This document shows positions 1-13,794 of a stretch of 64,000 nt of DNA, in pieces (the first letter of the stretch is position 1; every line of letters begins with the position of its first letter). The position numbers were made by a program, and so were the translations under genes. Source of the DNA: Octopus bimaculoides (taxonomy: Eukaryota); NCBI RefSeq assembly GCF_001194135.2, contig NC_069002.1, positions 24,672,906 to 24,736,905 on the forward strand, written 5' to 3'. Below the pieces are notes generated by a model that was given only the letters and a program-made list of their open reading frames with translations, was not told the origin of the DNA and made no database searches.

Positions 1-2
1 TA

Positions 3-325
3 TATACATATATGGGCCTTACGGAGGGTAATTTCAAGGCCAGATTCAATAATCACACTTTGAGTTTCAGGCACTGGGACAAAAGGAAAACGATCAAATT
101 ATCCAGTCATATATGGTCTTTAAAATATAAAGGTGTTAGTTACAACATCCATTGGAAGATCTTAGCCAAGTGTAAACCTTAGACCAGCGGTAGCGGAAGG
201 TGCGATCTATGTGATATGGAAAGATGGCTCATCTGAAAAGGCAGCTTAGACCCCGCCACATGTCTAAATTCAAGGACTGAACTTTTCGTGGCAATGGAGA
301 ATGGGCTAAATTCAAAGTGAGCTAG
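3..325 (+). mobile_element. Penelope-like element, GIY-YIG endonuclease C-terminal fragment (pseudogenised)
   Basis: Frame 3 reads YTYMGLTEGNFKARFNNHTLSFRHWDKRKTIKLSSHIWSLK...W.IL.KCKP*...CDLCDME...CLNSRTEL. This is the PLE endonuclease pattern (Y.GLTE..FK.R..NH..SF / CxLC / LNxRxE), with in-frame stops. It is cut by the window edge. Confidence 0.85.
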
Positions 326-1468
326 GAAAATATCACCTCTAGGTAAACGCATACAAAGTGAACGTTAAGGAGAAACATAACACTCAAAGAAAAACCAGTT
401 TAATTTTGTTGTCAGTAGATAACGAAAGAATAACATAAATAAACATATCAATTTTACATCTCGGCAGTTAATTATCTATAAAATATACTAAAAAACGTTT
501 AGAACAATTATACATTATTGGATTATGGGAAAAGCAGTTATGATTAATGGGTTATTTATTCTGTAAATATTTAAATTCTTTTCTATGTTTATTAGAATAG
601 CTCAATATAAAATTATGTCTACAATTTAACAATTCTAATTTAGAAGTAATTATATAATACTTTTCCTCAAGGCAAAGATCACATTTAAAATTAGCAGTAT
701 TATACGATGATGCGTAACTAATAATGGACCACTTTATATCATAGTTAATGCTTTTGTCTTTTAAAATCCCAAATGCATTTATTGGAATTCGTAAGGTTAC
801 ATTTTTCCAAACTTAAATAAAGAACTGTTATGTAATTTAAATTTCCAAATTGTAGCGAAGAATCTATATAATAAAACGTAGCATTCTTTGTAATGAACTT
901 ACATTGATATAATATATTTTTCCATAAACACTAGTTTTCTAGATTTACAGATAATTTTGTTTTTGAAATACAGAGGAATATATTCACTCGTATATGGTAC
1001 TCATGGTTAAGGAATTGGTACTAATTCTCCTCTCAGAATAGTAGAGAATACTGCAGTATTATTAGCTGTAATATAATCATATATTATTATTAGGGGTTAT
1101 CAAGTAAAGATGTGATTATTTCTATTCTTGATTTTGTTATCCTCAAAATGTCTTCAAGTTCTAATCGATATTGGGATTCACTTGCGATGATAGTTCTCCT
1201 TGCATTCATTGGCACCAAATTCGTTTAACACTGAGTGTTTAATAGATGTCTGCATGGATATATTAATCCCTTTTACTTATATAAATACATACGTACACAG
1301 ACACACAGACACATAAACACATACACACACAAACACACACATATATATATATATATATACAAACTTATGCACACACACGAACATATATATAAATATATAT
1401 ATATATATGTACGCATACTTATACACACACGCACCTGCGTATGCTTGTACCTAAACACACTCACACAA

Positions 1469-1506
<38 letters not shown>

Positions 1507-2146
1507 GCACGCACACACNNNNNNNNNNNNNNNNNNNNNNNNNNNNNNNNNNNNNNNNNNNNNNNNNNNNNNNNNNNNNNNNNNNNNNNNNNNNNNNNNN
1601 NNNNNNNNNNNNNNNNNNNNNNNNNNNNNNNNNNNNNNNNNNNNNNNNNNNNNNNNNNNNNNNNNNNNNNNNNNNNNNNNNNNNNNNNNNNNNNNNNNNN
1701 NNNNNNNNNNNNNNNNNNNNNNNNNNNNNNNNNNNNNNNNNNNNNNNNNNNNNNNNNNNNNNNNNNNNNNNNNNNNNNNNNNNNNNNNNNNNNNNNNNNN
1801 NNNNNNNNNNNNNNNNNNNNNNNNNNNNNNNNNNNNNNNNNNNNNNNNNNNNNNNNNNNNNNNNNNNNNNNNNNNNNNNNNNNNNNNNNNNNNNNNNNNN
1901 NNNNNNNNNNNNNNNNNNNNNNNNNNNNNNNNNNNNNNNNNNNNNNNNNNNNNNNNNNNNNNNNNNNNNNNNNNNNNNNNNNNNNNNNNNNNNNNNNNNN
2001 NNNNNNNNNNNNNNNNNNNNNNNNNNNNNNNNNNNNNNNNNNNNNNNNNNNNNNNNNNNNNNNNNNNNNNNNNNNNNNNNNNNNNNNNNNNNNNNNNNNN
2101 NNNNNNNNNNNNNNNNNNNNNNNNNNNNNNNNNNNNNNNNNNNNNN

Positions 2147-2200
<54 letters not shown>

Positions 2201-3034
2201 CGTGATAGATATGATAGACATTCCATATTTTTATTACCAGATTTGATTGATACCAACGGTTTCATAAGCGTATGCACACATGCATCCACACAAACCTCAC
2301 ACACACAAACGCACACATGTATCTACATGTATTGTGCGTGTGTGCGGGTGTATATTTCTATATGTGTATACACGTACGCAAACATGTATGGATGAATGGA
2401 AGGATACACACAGATAGGAATATACATACACATACACATATATGCATGCATGCTTCTATGTTCGTCTGTATGTAATGTGCGTGTTTGTGTGTATATGTGC
2501 GTGCATGCGTTGATATATGTGCGTTTGTGAGATAGTAATACTATCTTTTTGTTTTTACTCATCTCACCTGATTTTTCATATGAAATTTCAGTCACTCTCT
2601 CTTGTATACACTCACCTGGTTACATCGAATTTGTTATTACTTTTCTGCAACTTCATATGATATATAAGTGTTCATTGTTTTAGTTGCCTGAAGCTAAAGG
2701 ACATATAATATCTCCACCACTACCACCACTTAAATCCACTTCGAAATTCGAGAGATTTTCAAAGAGTGTATTTCATTACTGATCGATATAATTCTGCTAT
2801 GTCGAAATGTAAAATATATAAGAGATTATATTACCAACAATACTGAACGAGATCAAGGCAGGTTCCTGACTATGCCATAACGAATATTTTGGTAAATAAT
2901 CGATCTACGTATTTCAATACATTTTTCAATAATCTCGCTCATATATTATCACGAGATTCCTATTGATCACTCGTTCGAACAATCACAAGGACACGACAAA
3001 ACAAAGCTGCAATTTTAATAAAGCTGAACTTCTG

Positions 3035-3066
<32 letters not shown>

Positions 3067-3275
3067 NNNNNNNNNNNNNNNNNNNNNNNNNNNNNNNNNN
3101 NNNNNNNNNNNNNNNNNNNNNNNNNNNNNNNNNNNNNNNNNNNNNNNNNNNNNNNNNNNNNNNNNNNNNNNNNNNNNNNNNNNNNNNNNNNNNNNNNNNN
3201 NNNNNNNNNNNNNNNNNNNNNNNNNNNNNNNNNNNNNNNNNNNNNNNNNNNNNNNNNNNNNNNNNNNNNNNNNNN

Positions 3276-3309
<34 letters not shown>

Positions 3310-3430
3310 TGATATGTATGCATGTATGCATGTGTATATGTATGCATTCTTGAGAAACGAAATGGAGAGGCACTTAACACGCTTCCATGTATTAATATTT
3401 AATACAGTTTGATTCGGATCCATGCGACGT

Positions 3431-3626
3431 AAAGTTTTGCGAACATCTAACAGAAACCTCTCCCGTTCAGATTTTGGTTATCAAATGAAGAAGCACAGAA
3501 AGTCCAAGATGGCTACTGGAAAATTGTAGCCCATTTTCCAGTAGCATTCTTGGAATTCTTGTGTTTCATCATTCGGTAATCTAAGCCTTAACGAGACAGG
3601 TTTTCGTTAAATGCCCGTGAAACTTT
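3431..3626. repeat. Foldback (MITE-like) inverted repeat, ~95-bp arms, 8-nt loop
   Basis: Perfect inner stem gctactggaaaat (3512-3524) / attttccagtagc (3533-3545). Arms stay alignable (roughly 70% by eye) out to aaagtt (3431) / aacttt (3626). Confidence 0.7.
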
Positions 3627-3657
3627 TAGTAGCATAGAGCCGTATCAAATCGTTTTA

Positions 3658-3712
<55 letters not shown>

Positions 3713-3758
3713 TTAATAATAATAATAGCAAATACATATATATATGTGTGTGTGTGTG

Positions 3759-3808
<50 letters not shown>

Positions 3809-4139
3809 GGTGGTTGATAATACATGGTTTTAAATTTAGTAACAATGTTTTGTAAAAAATGTCTTTGCTTTTCAACTGTAAAGATAAAAAAGTTTAGGTG
3901 AGATTAAAGATCCGAGGGTAAATTCGGAAAAGCATACTTAAAAAGTCAAATGATCCAACAGGTTCCAATATTTTATGTTTCACAGAGATTGACTATCACC
4001 CAAATACAAATGCTCAATGAATTTCGTAGCAGTCGTACATAGCTGCAAGTCCAATATAATTGAATTGTATTAACAATTAGATACAATGAAACTTTAAAAG
4101 AGTCAGAAAAAACGAAAGTAAAAAGATTTTTTGTACAAT

Positions 4140-5930
4140 ATCTCTCGTAATGCATAAGGAAGGATTTTTCGTCGCAAGACTTTTGGCGTGAGCTTGAGCT
4201 GTTTTAAGCTGTAATTGATTTATTTATATAGGCTTTTAAGATAGAGGTTCGAGTTCTGATTGGTCGTAAATTTACTGACGTCACTTGTGTTTGCCCGCCT
4301 GTGGTCTAGTATTTTGGCTATCTGACTGTATGAGAATGTTACTTGTTTTCCGGATGTTTTGGTCACACATTTCGGTATGGCAGAAGTCAGAGTTTGTTGA
4401 CTTCTTGGCCATGTCATTTGTTTATCGACTGTTTTGATCACTAGTTTTTTGGTTGATGGAGATTTCACTGCTCTGGTTGGTTGATTTTCTCCATACGTCA
4501 TTTTTATCAAAGGTCTTGGTAACTTGTTTGTGTTTGACGGTCGACTGATTCCCAAAGAAGCCACTGGTTTCGGTCAGCTGAATGTTTATTTTTTCTCTTG
4601 GAGGTCCGACTTTGACCAGGAAAGTGTCATTGGTTAGGTTTAGAGTGACGTTAGTAATTTGTGTTTGAGAAGGTGCAAGGTTTGAGTAGTTTTAAGTTAG
4701 TGTTTCGACTCCCAGAGACAGCCTGTTACTTTAACTTTTGACTTATGTCTGGTGTTTCTTGACGTTTTACCTGAATAAACCGAGTTTACTCATTCGGGTG
4801 TTTTGTTATAAAGTATTTAGTTATGGTTTACATTTATTGATAAAGGTGTTTACCTTATTCAATCGGAAATGGGCTGAAGTGTTTCCGGTGAGTTGACAGA
4901 GACAGAAAATCAGATATTTTGGATGCTTGTTCGTGAGTACAGATCCAGGTGTTAATTTATAGGCATTTCCTTGGTTATGGGGGTCCGAAATCTGTTGCCT
5001 GTGTACTGTCATTCTGTCCCTCAAAGCCAAACTCGTTTGACCGATGTAATCCCCACCACATCCACCACATTTGAGAACATAAATTCCTTGATACACAGAT
5101 GAAATTATTTTTTATGGTGTATGTTACCCTAACTTGAATTCCTTTGTTGAACCTTCCATAGTTTTGATGCAGGTTCTACAATTATGGCGACTACATTTTT
5201 TTAATATTAGAGTTGTACTTTTACTGGGTAATTTGGCGCTAGTACGTCGCCTTTGTAGGAATTTAGGTTGTCTTTTACTTTAATAATTCTATGTGTTTCG
5301 AGTGTCTTTTTCAGTTGCTAGTCGTTCATCAAAAGTTGTATATTCTGATGGATGATGTTGTATACCTCCCTGTTTCTTGGACACATAAGGTAAAATGTTT
5401 AGTTTAACGGGGTTGGGGTCTTGTTTTTCGTAATTCTTGGATCTCTATCGTTTTTGCACATCCTGCTCCATTATTGATTAAACTGACCGAATTTTTTCTT
5501 TCGAGTAACGTATTTTTAAGTTCTTCGAGTCTTTTTTCCCGGATGTCGAGATTGGGCAGACTTGTGCGAATTCTTCTTCCAAAGTTAAGCAGTATATTGA
5601 TTTTAGTGCGTTTTGGATGGTAGGCAGAGAAGAGTAGATATTGTTGTGAATCTGTTGGTTACGTAGATGTCGGTTTCTATGTTACTGTCTCATTTGGGTG
5701 TGCAAAAAGGGTGTCTGTTTTTCACTCTATTCCATCAGAGCTTCGATACTGTTAAGTTGTCTTCTTCAATTTCTGTTAAATCTTTTACGAAACTGTTGGA
5801 TGAAAGTAGTAGGTCACTTCGTTATTTTGCGTTTTGAGTTCAAATTTGACCGAGGTTCACTTTACTTTTCGTCCTTACAGAGTCGATGAAAATACCAGTT
5901 GAACATTAAGGACGTTGTAATTGACTAGTC
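4140..5930 (-). mobile_element. Penelope-like element, 5'-truncated: RT thumb, linker, GIY-YIG endonuclease and 3' pLTR-like region
   Basis: Minus strand reads PTDSQQYLLFSAYHPKRTKINI...RLEELKNTLLERKYS (PLE RT thumb, ~5450-5670), then CSRHNCRTC (CxxC linker), then GIYVLKCGGCGGDYIGQTSLALRDRMTVHRQQI (GIY-YIG, ORF 4821-5096). Multiple frameshifts and stops. Confidence 0.88.
4223..4283 (-). promoter_or_regulatory. Pol II promoter-like motif cluster in PLE pLTR (CRE - CCAAT - TATA)
   Basis: On the minus strand: TGACGTCA (4276-4283), GACCAATCAG (4256-4265) and TATATAAA (4223-4230), in canonical order and compact spacing. Activity is untested. Confidence 0.45.
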
Positions 5931-6093
5931 ATCTCCATTAAAAAAAAATTGTGGCCTTGTGCCCATAGTAAAAAGGATTACACATAAGTGTGTGTATACA
6001 TATACACGCACACACGCACATGCCCACACATACACACCACACACACATATGCACATATATACATATACACACACATATGTTTATGTATGTATA

Positions 6094-6130
<37 letters not shown>

Positions 6131-7031
6131 ATATATATTAATGTGTGATAATATCACAAGGGACACAAATACTATTAAAATATATTGAGACCTAAAATAT
6201 AGCGTGAAATATCTATATTTAGAGTAATTCTATACGTTTATAAATCACTTTATTTCACCATAAATGGTTAATTCATATTTTTAATGATTACAAAATATCA
6301 CAATCAGACGTAAAAGCAATAGAAGTGGCATGGAATAATATTGCAAATCGTTTTACTAGAGAAATAATGTAACATTATAATAAGGTCAGACGGGGCTTCA
6401 GGAAAATTCCAGTAACCATAAAATACAATAAAAATTTACAAAAAAAATCAGAGACAAATAAAAAAAACTTTAATATGAAATCATTAAAAATAACTTTAGG
6501 AATATATATGAAGAGATAATGAACGGTAAAATTGATTACCTAAAGTAGAGGTTGATATGCATGCAAGAGGAATATTAAGAATGTAGGCGGAAAATTTTTA
6601 CTGCGTATGTATGAATGTATAAGTTTATGTTGACTTTCTACACATATATATATATATGCTCATATATGTATAGGCTAGTTGTCATACATATGAACACGAA
6701 TATATATATATATATATATANNNNNNNNNNNNNNNNNNNNNNNNNNNNNNNNNNNNNNNNNNNNNNNNNNNNNNNNNNNNNNNNNNNNNNNNNNNNNNNN
6801 NNNNNNNNTATATATATGCAAATATATATATGCATATCTATGCATATATGCGGACATAGTCACATGAATATATGAATATACGTATATACGTAGGTATATA
6901 TGTATTCTTTTATGTACGATCGTATACTCATTTATAATATAATTTGTATATTATACGCGTGTATGTATGCATATGATATACAATAATGTATGTATGAGTA
7001 TGCATAGAGAGAATGGCTAGATAGGTAGATC

Positions 7032-7090
<59 letters not shown>

Positions 7091-7091
<1 letters not shown>

Positions 7092-7240
7092 TGTGTATGT
7101 GCCTTTGTGTCTGTGTTTGCCCATCGCTTGACAACAGGTGCTGGTGTGTTTATGTCCCCGTAACTTAGTACTGGAGTCGATTCGTTCGAGTAAATTCCTT
7201 TAAGGCGGTGCCCCAGCATGGTCGCAGTCTAACGACTGAA
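7091..7240 (+). mobile_element. tRNA-derived SINE family A, 3' half (internally deleted)
   Basis: Matches the body and tail of the copies at 15931 and 34983 (catcgcttgacaac...gtgtttatgtccccgtaacttag...aaggcggtgccccagcatggtcgcagtc). Confidence 0.8.
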
Positions 7241-7958
7241 CTATGTGATGAACCATAGATAAAAAGTTATGTATTAGCGCATATTTTCTTCAATCGATGA
7301 CTTTGATTCCTTTAGCTTTGCTTACCTGCCTAGCATTTTTTCAATAGCAACTGTTGAAAATTGTGTCAATACTCGACAATTTATTAAAAAATAGATTGTT
7401 TTTTCTGAATTGTATTGGCTATCATAGAATACAGAATTTTTTCTAAATAATGTTTCTTCTCCGGCTATATATTTCTAAGTAACATTCACATCGCATCAAC
7501 GCTATCCTATATTTTATCGAAGTTATTTTAATCTCACATTATCTCCGGGTTTTATGGTGGGGGGGAGTTTTCATTATCTCAGATTTTTATGACTTTTAAA
7601 AACTTTATAGTAATCGCTTTATGATTATTTTTTGTTTGTGTATTTTTCTGTTTCTTTTTTGCTTTTTCACTATTTCTCACTTGAACAAATGAAGATGTCA
7701 CGCGGTCCATGATTTCTCGTATAAAACATTTTTAACTGTTTTAACCTTTGTTTTTCGTGCATTCAATATTTGAGATTTAAAATTTTAAAGCATTTATCTA
7801 TAAATTTCAAAGCATTTATCTTAAGCATTTCTCTATCTTGTGATGAAATAACGCTACTCTTTGTAAGCTTATTGGCTTATTGTTTAATTATATAGACAAA
7901 CGCAGACGCACACAGAAACACATATCTATGTGTTAATGTGCCACGTTTTAAGAATATC

Positions 7959-8349
7959 TTTTTATCTTTTACTTGTTTCAATCATTAGACTGCGGCCATG
8001 CTGGGGCTCCGCCTTGAAGAATTTTAGTTGAACGAATTGATCTCACTGTTTATTGTTTTTGTAAAGCCTGTTATTTACTTCAAAGGTTTCTTTTGCCGAA
8101 GCGCTAAGTTACTGGGATACAAACACGCCAACACCGGTTGTCAGTCGGTGTTGGAAAGCAAATACATACACAAAGATACATGCACATAGACATACATACA
8201 TATACGACGGGTTTCTTTCAGTTTCCTTCTTTCAAATCCACTCACATGACTTTAGTCAACCCGAGGCTCTAGTAGCCAAGTAGTAGAACGGAACTAAGAA
8301 TCATGTGCTTGGGAAGCAAACTCTTTGCCACACAGCCACACCTGCGCCT
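7959..8349 (-). mobile_element. tRNA-derived SINE family A, near full length
   Basis: The reverse complement starts aggcgcaggtgtggctgtgtggcaaagagtttgcttccc (A-box-like head), has an internal (TG)-rich tract, and ends ccccagcatggccgcagtc...tgaaacaagtaaaagataaaa. Homologous copies occur elsewhere in the window. Confidence 0.88.
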
Positions 8350-8400
8350 AATTTTATATACTATATATAGACAGACAGAGAAGTAGGCAAATAAATAGAT

Positions 8401-8458
<58 letters not shown>

Positions 8459-8760
8459 TGGAATCCAAATGCCCACAGCTATTTAATATCTTGCGAAAAA
8501 AATCCTGAGAGCTCTACATGGAGAGCGAGTAGACGTTTTCAAGAAGCAGCTTTGCTTTCAGCTGTTCAAAATCACAACTGAAATTACACCCAAAGCCATG
8601 TCAATAACTTAGGAGTGAAATTTAGGACTTTTCGGTTTTCTAAGAATCGATTTTGATAAAACTTTTCCCAGCTGCTTTGCACAGTATGGCAACACCATTC
8701 TTATGCTTCCATTATTCTGTGTAACGTCCTTTCTTTTTTATTTCAGATTATCCAGTTTTT

Positions 8761-9080
8761 CAGTGAAGTACGCTAATAGCTTTTGAATGAAAATAGCCCA
8801 TCTAGACATCTTCTTTTTGGAAAATGAAAAGTAATAATACATATTAAGCATACGTTAAGTAAATATTTAACAGAAAACCAAAATATTATTATAACATTTA
8901 TTGCCAGAATGAATAATTTAGCCACATGACCGCCATTTGGACGGATAACTTCAAACACCCGATTAGTCATGGAATCTGTCAATTTCTTAATAGTAGCTGG
9001 CTGGACTGTCTCTGCTGCAGCTGTAATGGGCGCCCATAAGACATATGTCTGCCTTGCCTTAATATTTGCTGTCCTGTTTA
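8761..9080 (-). mobile_element. Tc1-like DNA transposon, transposase C-terminus and 3' end
   Basis: 8923-9039 reads LWAPITAAAETVQPATIKKLTDSMTNRVFEVIRPNGGHV, matching the Tc1 C-terminal pattern I.KL..SM..R..EVI..NGG. A possible decayed TIR cagtgaag...taatagcttttg lies at 8761. Confidence 0.65.
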
Positions 9081-9085
9081 ACAAT

Positions 9086-9125
<40 letters not shown>

Positions 9126-11769
9126 GGGCAAGGGGAGTTAGGTGTGAATATGTTTTCACGCCTGTTTATCAAATCACTCCAAGCTTTTCAATATTGGTCT
9201 AGCGTCATCCTTCATCATTAATATAACAGATTTACTCTATTAAAATGCGGTAATTCAAGATATTTGGAAGCTCCCGGAAATTTCATTAAGACTTATTCCG
9301 GTGCCATCACCCTCTGTGATTGCTGCAGAAACGATGAACAATATTTTAATCTTGGGAATTAATGGAAAAAGGAATTCGCGTTAATCAGGGAACTTTCTTT
9401 TATCTTTAGGATGATTTGATCGCAAGCTCTTTACTTCGTTTCCTCACTTCCGTTCACTTTTCTCGACAGGGGAGATTCTTAAAATCAATACATTTATATT
9501 CTTCATTTTATGGACAGCTTATTATAAAACTAAAATAAAAATTGCGAAAACTTGCTTGGCTGAAATATTGATTTCTTTCTTGTCACAAGACTAAGTTTAT
9601 GAAGGAAAGGATCAGCCCCAGTTCTTTCGATTCCACTTACCATCTCAGTCCAAAACAGGCAGGCCTGTAACAAAGACATTCACGCCGTGACAACTCCAGT
9701 CTTGTCTCAGATATAGAGCGGCTAATACATAACTATATACTTTATCTATCATTTTTCAAGTTCCCATTTTAGATTTCGATAAATCCCACATTAGTGCCAT
9801 GCATCTTGCTTTGTATTATGAAAACTGTACTGAATATTGATTTTCATAAACTGTCTACAATATTCTATATTTTATTTGACGTAAAACTTAGAATATTTTG
9901 GCGTTGATGTCATTGTAGAAGTATTAATGGCATCATTGAACTGAAATGGTTTCAAGTGGGAATTGTATTAACATCAAGAATTTACAATTCCGGGTACTTA
10001 TATTCGTTTTAGTGACTATTACAGTTTTTTCAAAATACGTAAATATATTTTAGTAGTAAAATCACACTTTATATTTGAACTTATTTTCTTGTTTTGACAG
10101 AAATGTCATTCATTGATGGAAAGAAATGAAGGCATCCACTTTAAAAGACTACTATTTTAAGTAATTTCTTTTACAGAGCAAGCCAACTCCTACTGGATTT
10201 GAACTTCTAGGGGAATGACTGAAATATAAAATATTTAATGCTTTAATCTCTACTTCTATTCGGTGCAGCAAACAAAAAGTTCATGCTTCCACGTCCGAAT
10301 ATACAGAAACACGTTAAATCTAACTGGTCATAGATTTCATTCAACGCTGTTTAGTGCGCTTGTTCTTAATTCATTCAACCTTCACAATCCTTTTTGCACA
10401 TCAGTAAATATATCGTTTGATATTCTAATATAAGAGTGATAAGTTCTTAGTGACCAAGAGCTGATGAGGCGTAACGACGCAGAAACGTATATGTGTTATA
10501 GTACAATGACGTCATTCATGTCTATACAGTGTGTTTACACCCATATTTTTTATAAAGAGAATTTCTTCTCTTGAGTCAACTTAAGCAGCATATTTCCTTT
10601 CCATATCCGAATGTACACGAACATATTTAATCGAACTGTACATTATTATAAAACCTCGTTTCTCATGGAAAGTAAGTTCTTGGAAAATGCTCATACGCTT
10701 CTCTTAGGTATCATATTAGTGTTGTAAACTGAGGGAAATGATTGATTGTGAATTGTCTTTATGTTTTAGACATTCCTGTTGACCAATAAGTCAAGTACGT
10801 AAGCTCATCTACTCAATTTGTAATTCTGTACGTAAAATTAAATTTTCTAAAAAATATAGTCAACGTAGTTTTCAAGTGTAAAGCTAAAATTTGTTATATT
10901 ATGTCAAATATTATTCGAGCCTTCAATCTTTGTGTCTAAACAAGATCGAAACATACGTGTTATACCAGTTTATCAAATGACGTGTATTGTGAGCCAATGG
11001 CGTTGACACAAACTTCAGCTTTTGATTACAGATTCAATACACAATATAATTGCAATCTAAGTTGATTTAAATCAATTAAATTTTGATTGATTTTTCTCAG
11101 CCATCTCTTCCTCCTCCACCTTCAAATCTATCAGCAACTCCACTACCATTACCAACCCTACGACCATCACCACCTGTACCCCTAACACCACCTCCAAGTC
11201 TAGCAACGTCTCCACAGCCATTATCACCTACTCCTTTCTCTAGAAACCAATTATTTATTCATTAATGTCAATTATATCCATCCGAATTACTGATCATTTA
11301 ATTGGATATCATAAATAAGAAAGTTTTTCGTAGTTTCATTTCTATGATATTGATTGTCTTCCACTTTTCAAACTACTTTGATTCGCCTTATTTCAGCGGG
11401 GCTGAGAGCGATTTATAGGTTTCCTAAAAATGTTCATTTAATTTAGTTGTCAGTCATTTGAAGCCAATTATTTAGAAACGTAAACTTAATAAATTGAAAT
11501 GAATTGTCTTTGATTCCACTGTGATGTGGCGCCTGTCACCAAAATCATTTTCAAATTGTTTTCCTCACTTTGATGTATGTAAGTACCATACTTTCAATAG
11601 GAGTTGCAGGTTTCATTCATAAACTTACGAATAGTGCGGTAACTTCAGTTCAGTTCAGTCTTAGTGTGAATTGTATTTTCTAAGTTTTCAAAGACCTTAG
11701 ATTTATCTATTTACATCTTCATTAGCAACTCGAGGCATAGTCTTTTTAGATAATAGTTTTACTCTAAAT

Positions 11770-13110
11770 CAGTGGTTCCCAAACTTTTTTGGACTGCCGC
11801 CCCCTCGGCACGAAGGCCACATACCTAGCACCCCTCCCCCAAATTACCATCACAGGCATCAACCTCTTCCAACTGCAAATTCAAAGCAATTCTATTTCAA
11901 ATAAGACTTAACCTAATTAATTCATTGCTTTGTCGTCTTTACAATATGAAAGAATAAATTTACATCCCACCAATAACTATGATGTTTTCGTATTTATAAT
12001 ATGATCGTTGTACACTGTACCGAGATATCAGCTTCTCAACATTTGGCAGAAAGGTACTGAGAAATAATTTTAGATCCATGTGTTCAATAATCTTCCGTCT
12101 GTTTCTTTATTTAAAATGAATCTGGGCATCTGCACAGAAGCCCTGCTCTACAAAATATGATGTTGGGAAGGCAATAAAATACATATCGTCTTTGTTCCAC
12201 AGTGCAGGGTAGCAGTCAGAAATGTTCTTTTGTAATCAAAAATCTTGATATGAATTTTTTGAACTTTGGCCTCAGCTCAGTGGCATTTTAAAGTGAAATC
12301 AGTTCTTGCTCCGCCATTCTTACTTCCTCATTATAGATATCTAGGAATCACCCAGGCTGGTATTTTAAGCAAAAGTAAATATCCGTGCAGCTCATCTAGG
12401 TGTGAACAATACACACGAATATCATCTTCTGGTATGTGTTTTTTCTCCTCCAATTCAGAGAGGTTCGGAAACTGGAAGAACTAACGACAGTTTATGTTAG
12501 ATTTGAATAGTTTACTTTGATACGGTTTAACCTCATTTCTTTGCAGTTGCAAACCAACTTCATTGAACTTCGTGAATACATCTGCCATATAGACAATAGC
12601 ACGCCTGATGTTTCTTGCTTCATCGCAATGAACAGAATAGGAGTCATGTAAGAATTCAACAACTATTTTAAAAAGGGAATACAAATTTTCCGGCAGTTTC
12701 CCTTTGACAGACATTGAACTTCTGTGTGCAACAACAAACGTTCACATTCTTTATCATTCTCAGTACAGAGCAGTAGAAACAGTGGGGAATTGTCAGCATC
12801 TGCCTTGGTTTTATTTAGTGCTGTGATATCAGTGCTTCTTGATTTGTAAAGTCTACCACTTAATTTATTTGCAACCAGATATTATCTGTGGATTATAGAG
12901 GGCGCTGTAAACAGGCTAGGTATATCTCTTTCACTAAACTGATGACGCTGCGATGACATCCTACCATTGATGGTATCCCATCTATTGCTCAAACACGAAA
13001 TACTGACTCCAATTTTGTATCTGTTTCCAGATGTCTTACGAATAATGACTCTTGAACCAAACTTTAATCGTTGACGAAGCAAACATAAGCAACAAATATA
13101 CTTTTTTATT
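11770..13110 (-). mobile_element. hAT (Buster/Charlie-type) DNA transposon, 3' part with TIR
   Basis: TIR CAGTGGTTCCCAAAC at 11770, preceded by the 8-mer CTCTAAAT (nnnTAnnn, Buster-type TSD). Minus-strand translation gives IHR*YLVANKLSGRL...LCTENDKECERLLLHTEVQCLSKGNC and SLFKIVVEFL...YMADVFTKFNEVGLQLQ. No second TIR found. Confidence 0.88.
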
Positions 13111-13719
13111 CCCTGACAATGGGAACTAATCTAACTGTAAGCTAAGTTTGGTTCTTCTAATATATTGCACAATATATCTTAATGTTATAGTATTCCACAG
13201 TTTTAAGCGTTTGTAATACGTATTTTTAGAGGAAAATTTCGTACCTCCACTTCTTCGTTTTAATTTTCAAGTTTAAATCCCGAAAAAAGCAATTAAAAAG
13301 AAACAGAAATTCTGATTCATGTAAGACAGTTATTCTGAAACTCCGACAAAAATAAATTAAATGTCATTTTAAAAACTTCATAATGATAGAGTTTCTAAAA
13401 CATAAATTCGAAAAAATTATGATAGTAATCTGTATTTATAATAACTGTTATTTTAATCAATGTATGAATTTGCTGGGTCAGGCCTATTATTTAAAACAAT
13501 TGTACGAAGACATATTCTGATTAATTTTACATTCATAAAATGCATTAAAATAATTTACATTTCTTTACTCAGAACAAATGTCAAAATACCAAATTATGGA
13601 CGATAAGAAAAATGTTATCTTTACCTAAAACTACTTACTGAAGATGATGGTGGGCGAAATACAAAATAGTAGTTTCTAAAAATGCAACTAATTTGTTTCA
13701 TGAAAGTAATCACCCTCTC

Positions 13720-13794
<75 letters not shown>

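Noticed and set aside
11083-11265. Proline-rich ORF with a good acceptor (tttttctcAG)
   Set aside because: The codons are a degenerate (CCA/CTA/TCA)n tract. There is no donor, no upstream partner exon and no homology.
13630-13675. CTGAAGA...GAAA flanked by actac/gtagt
   Set aside because: The intervening sequence cannot form stem II and stem I is out of register.
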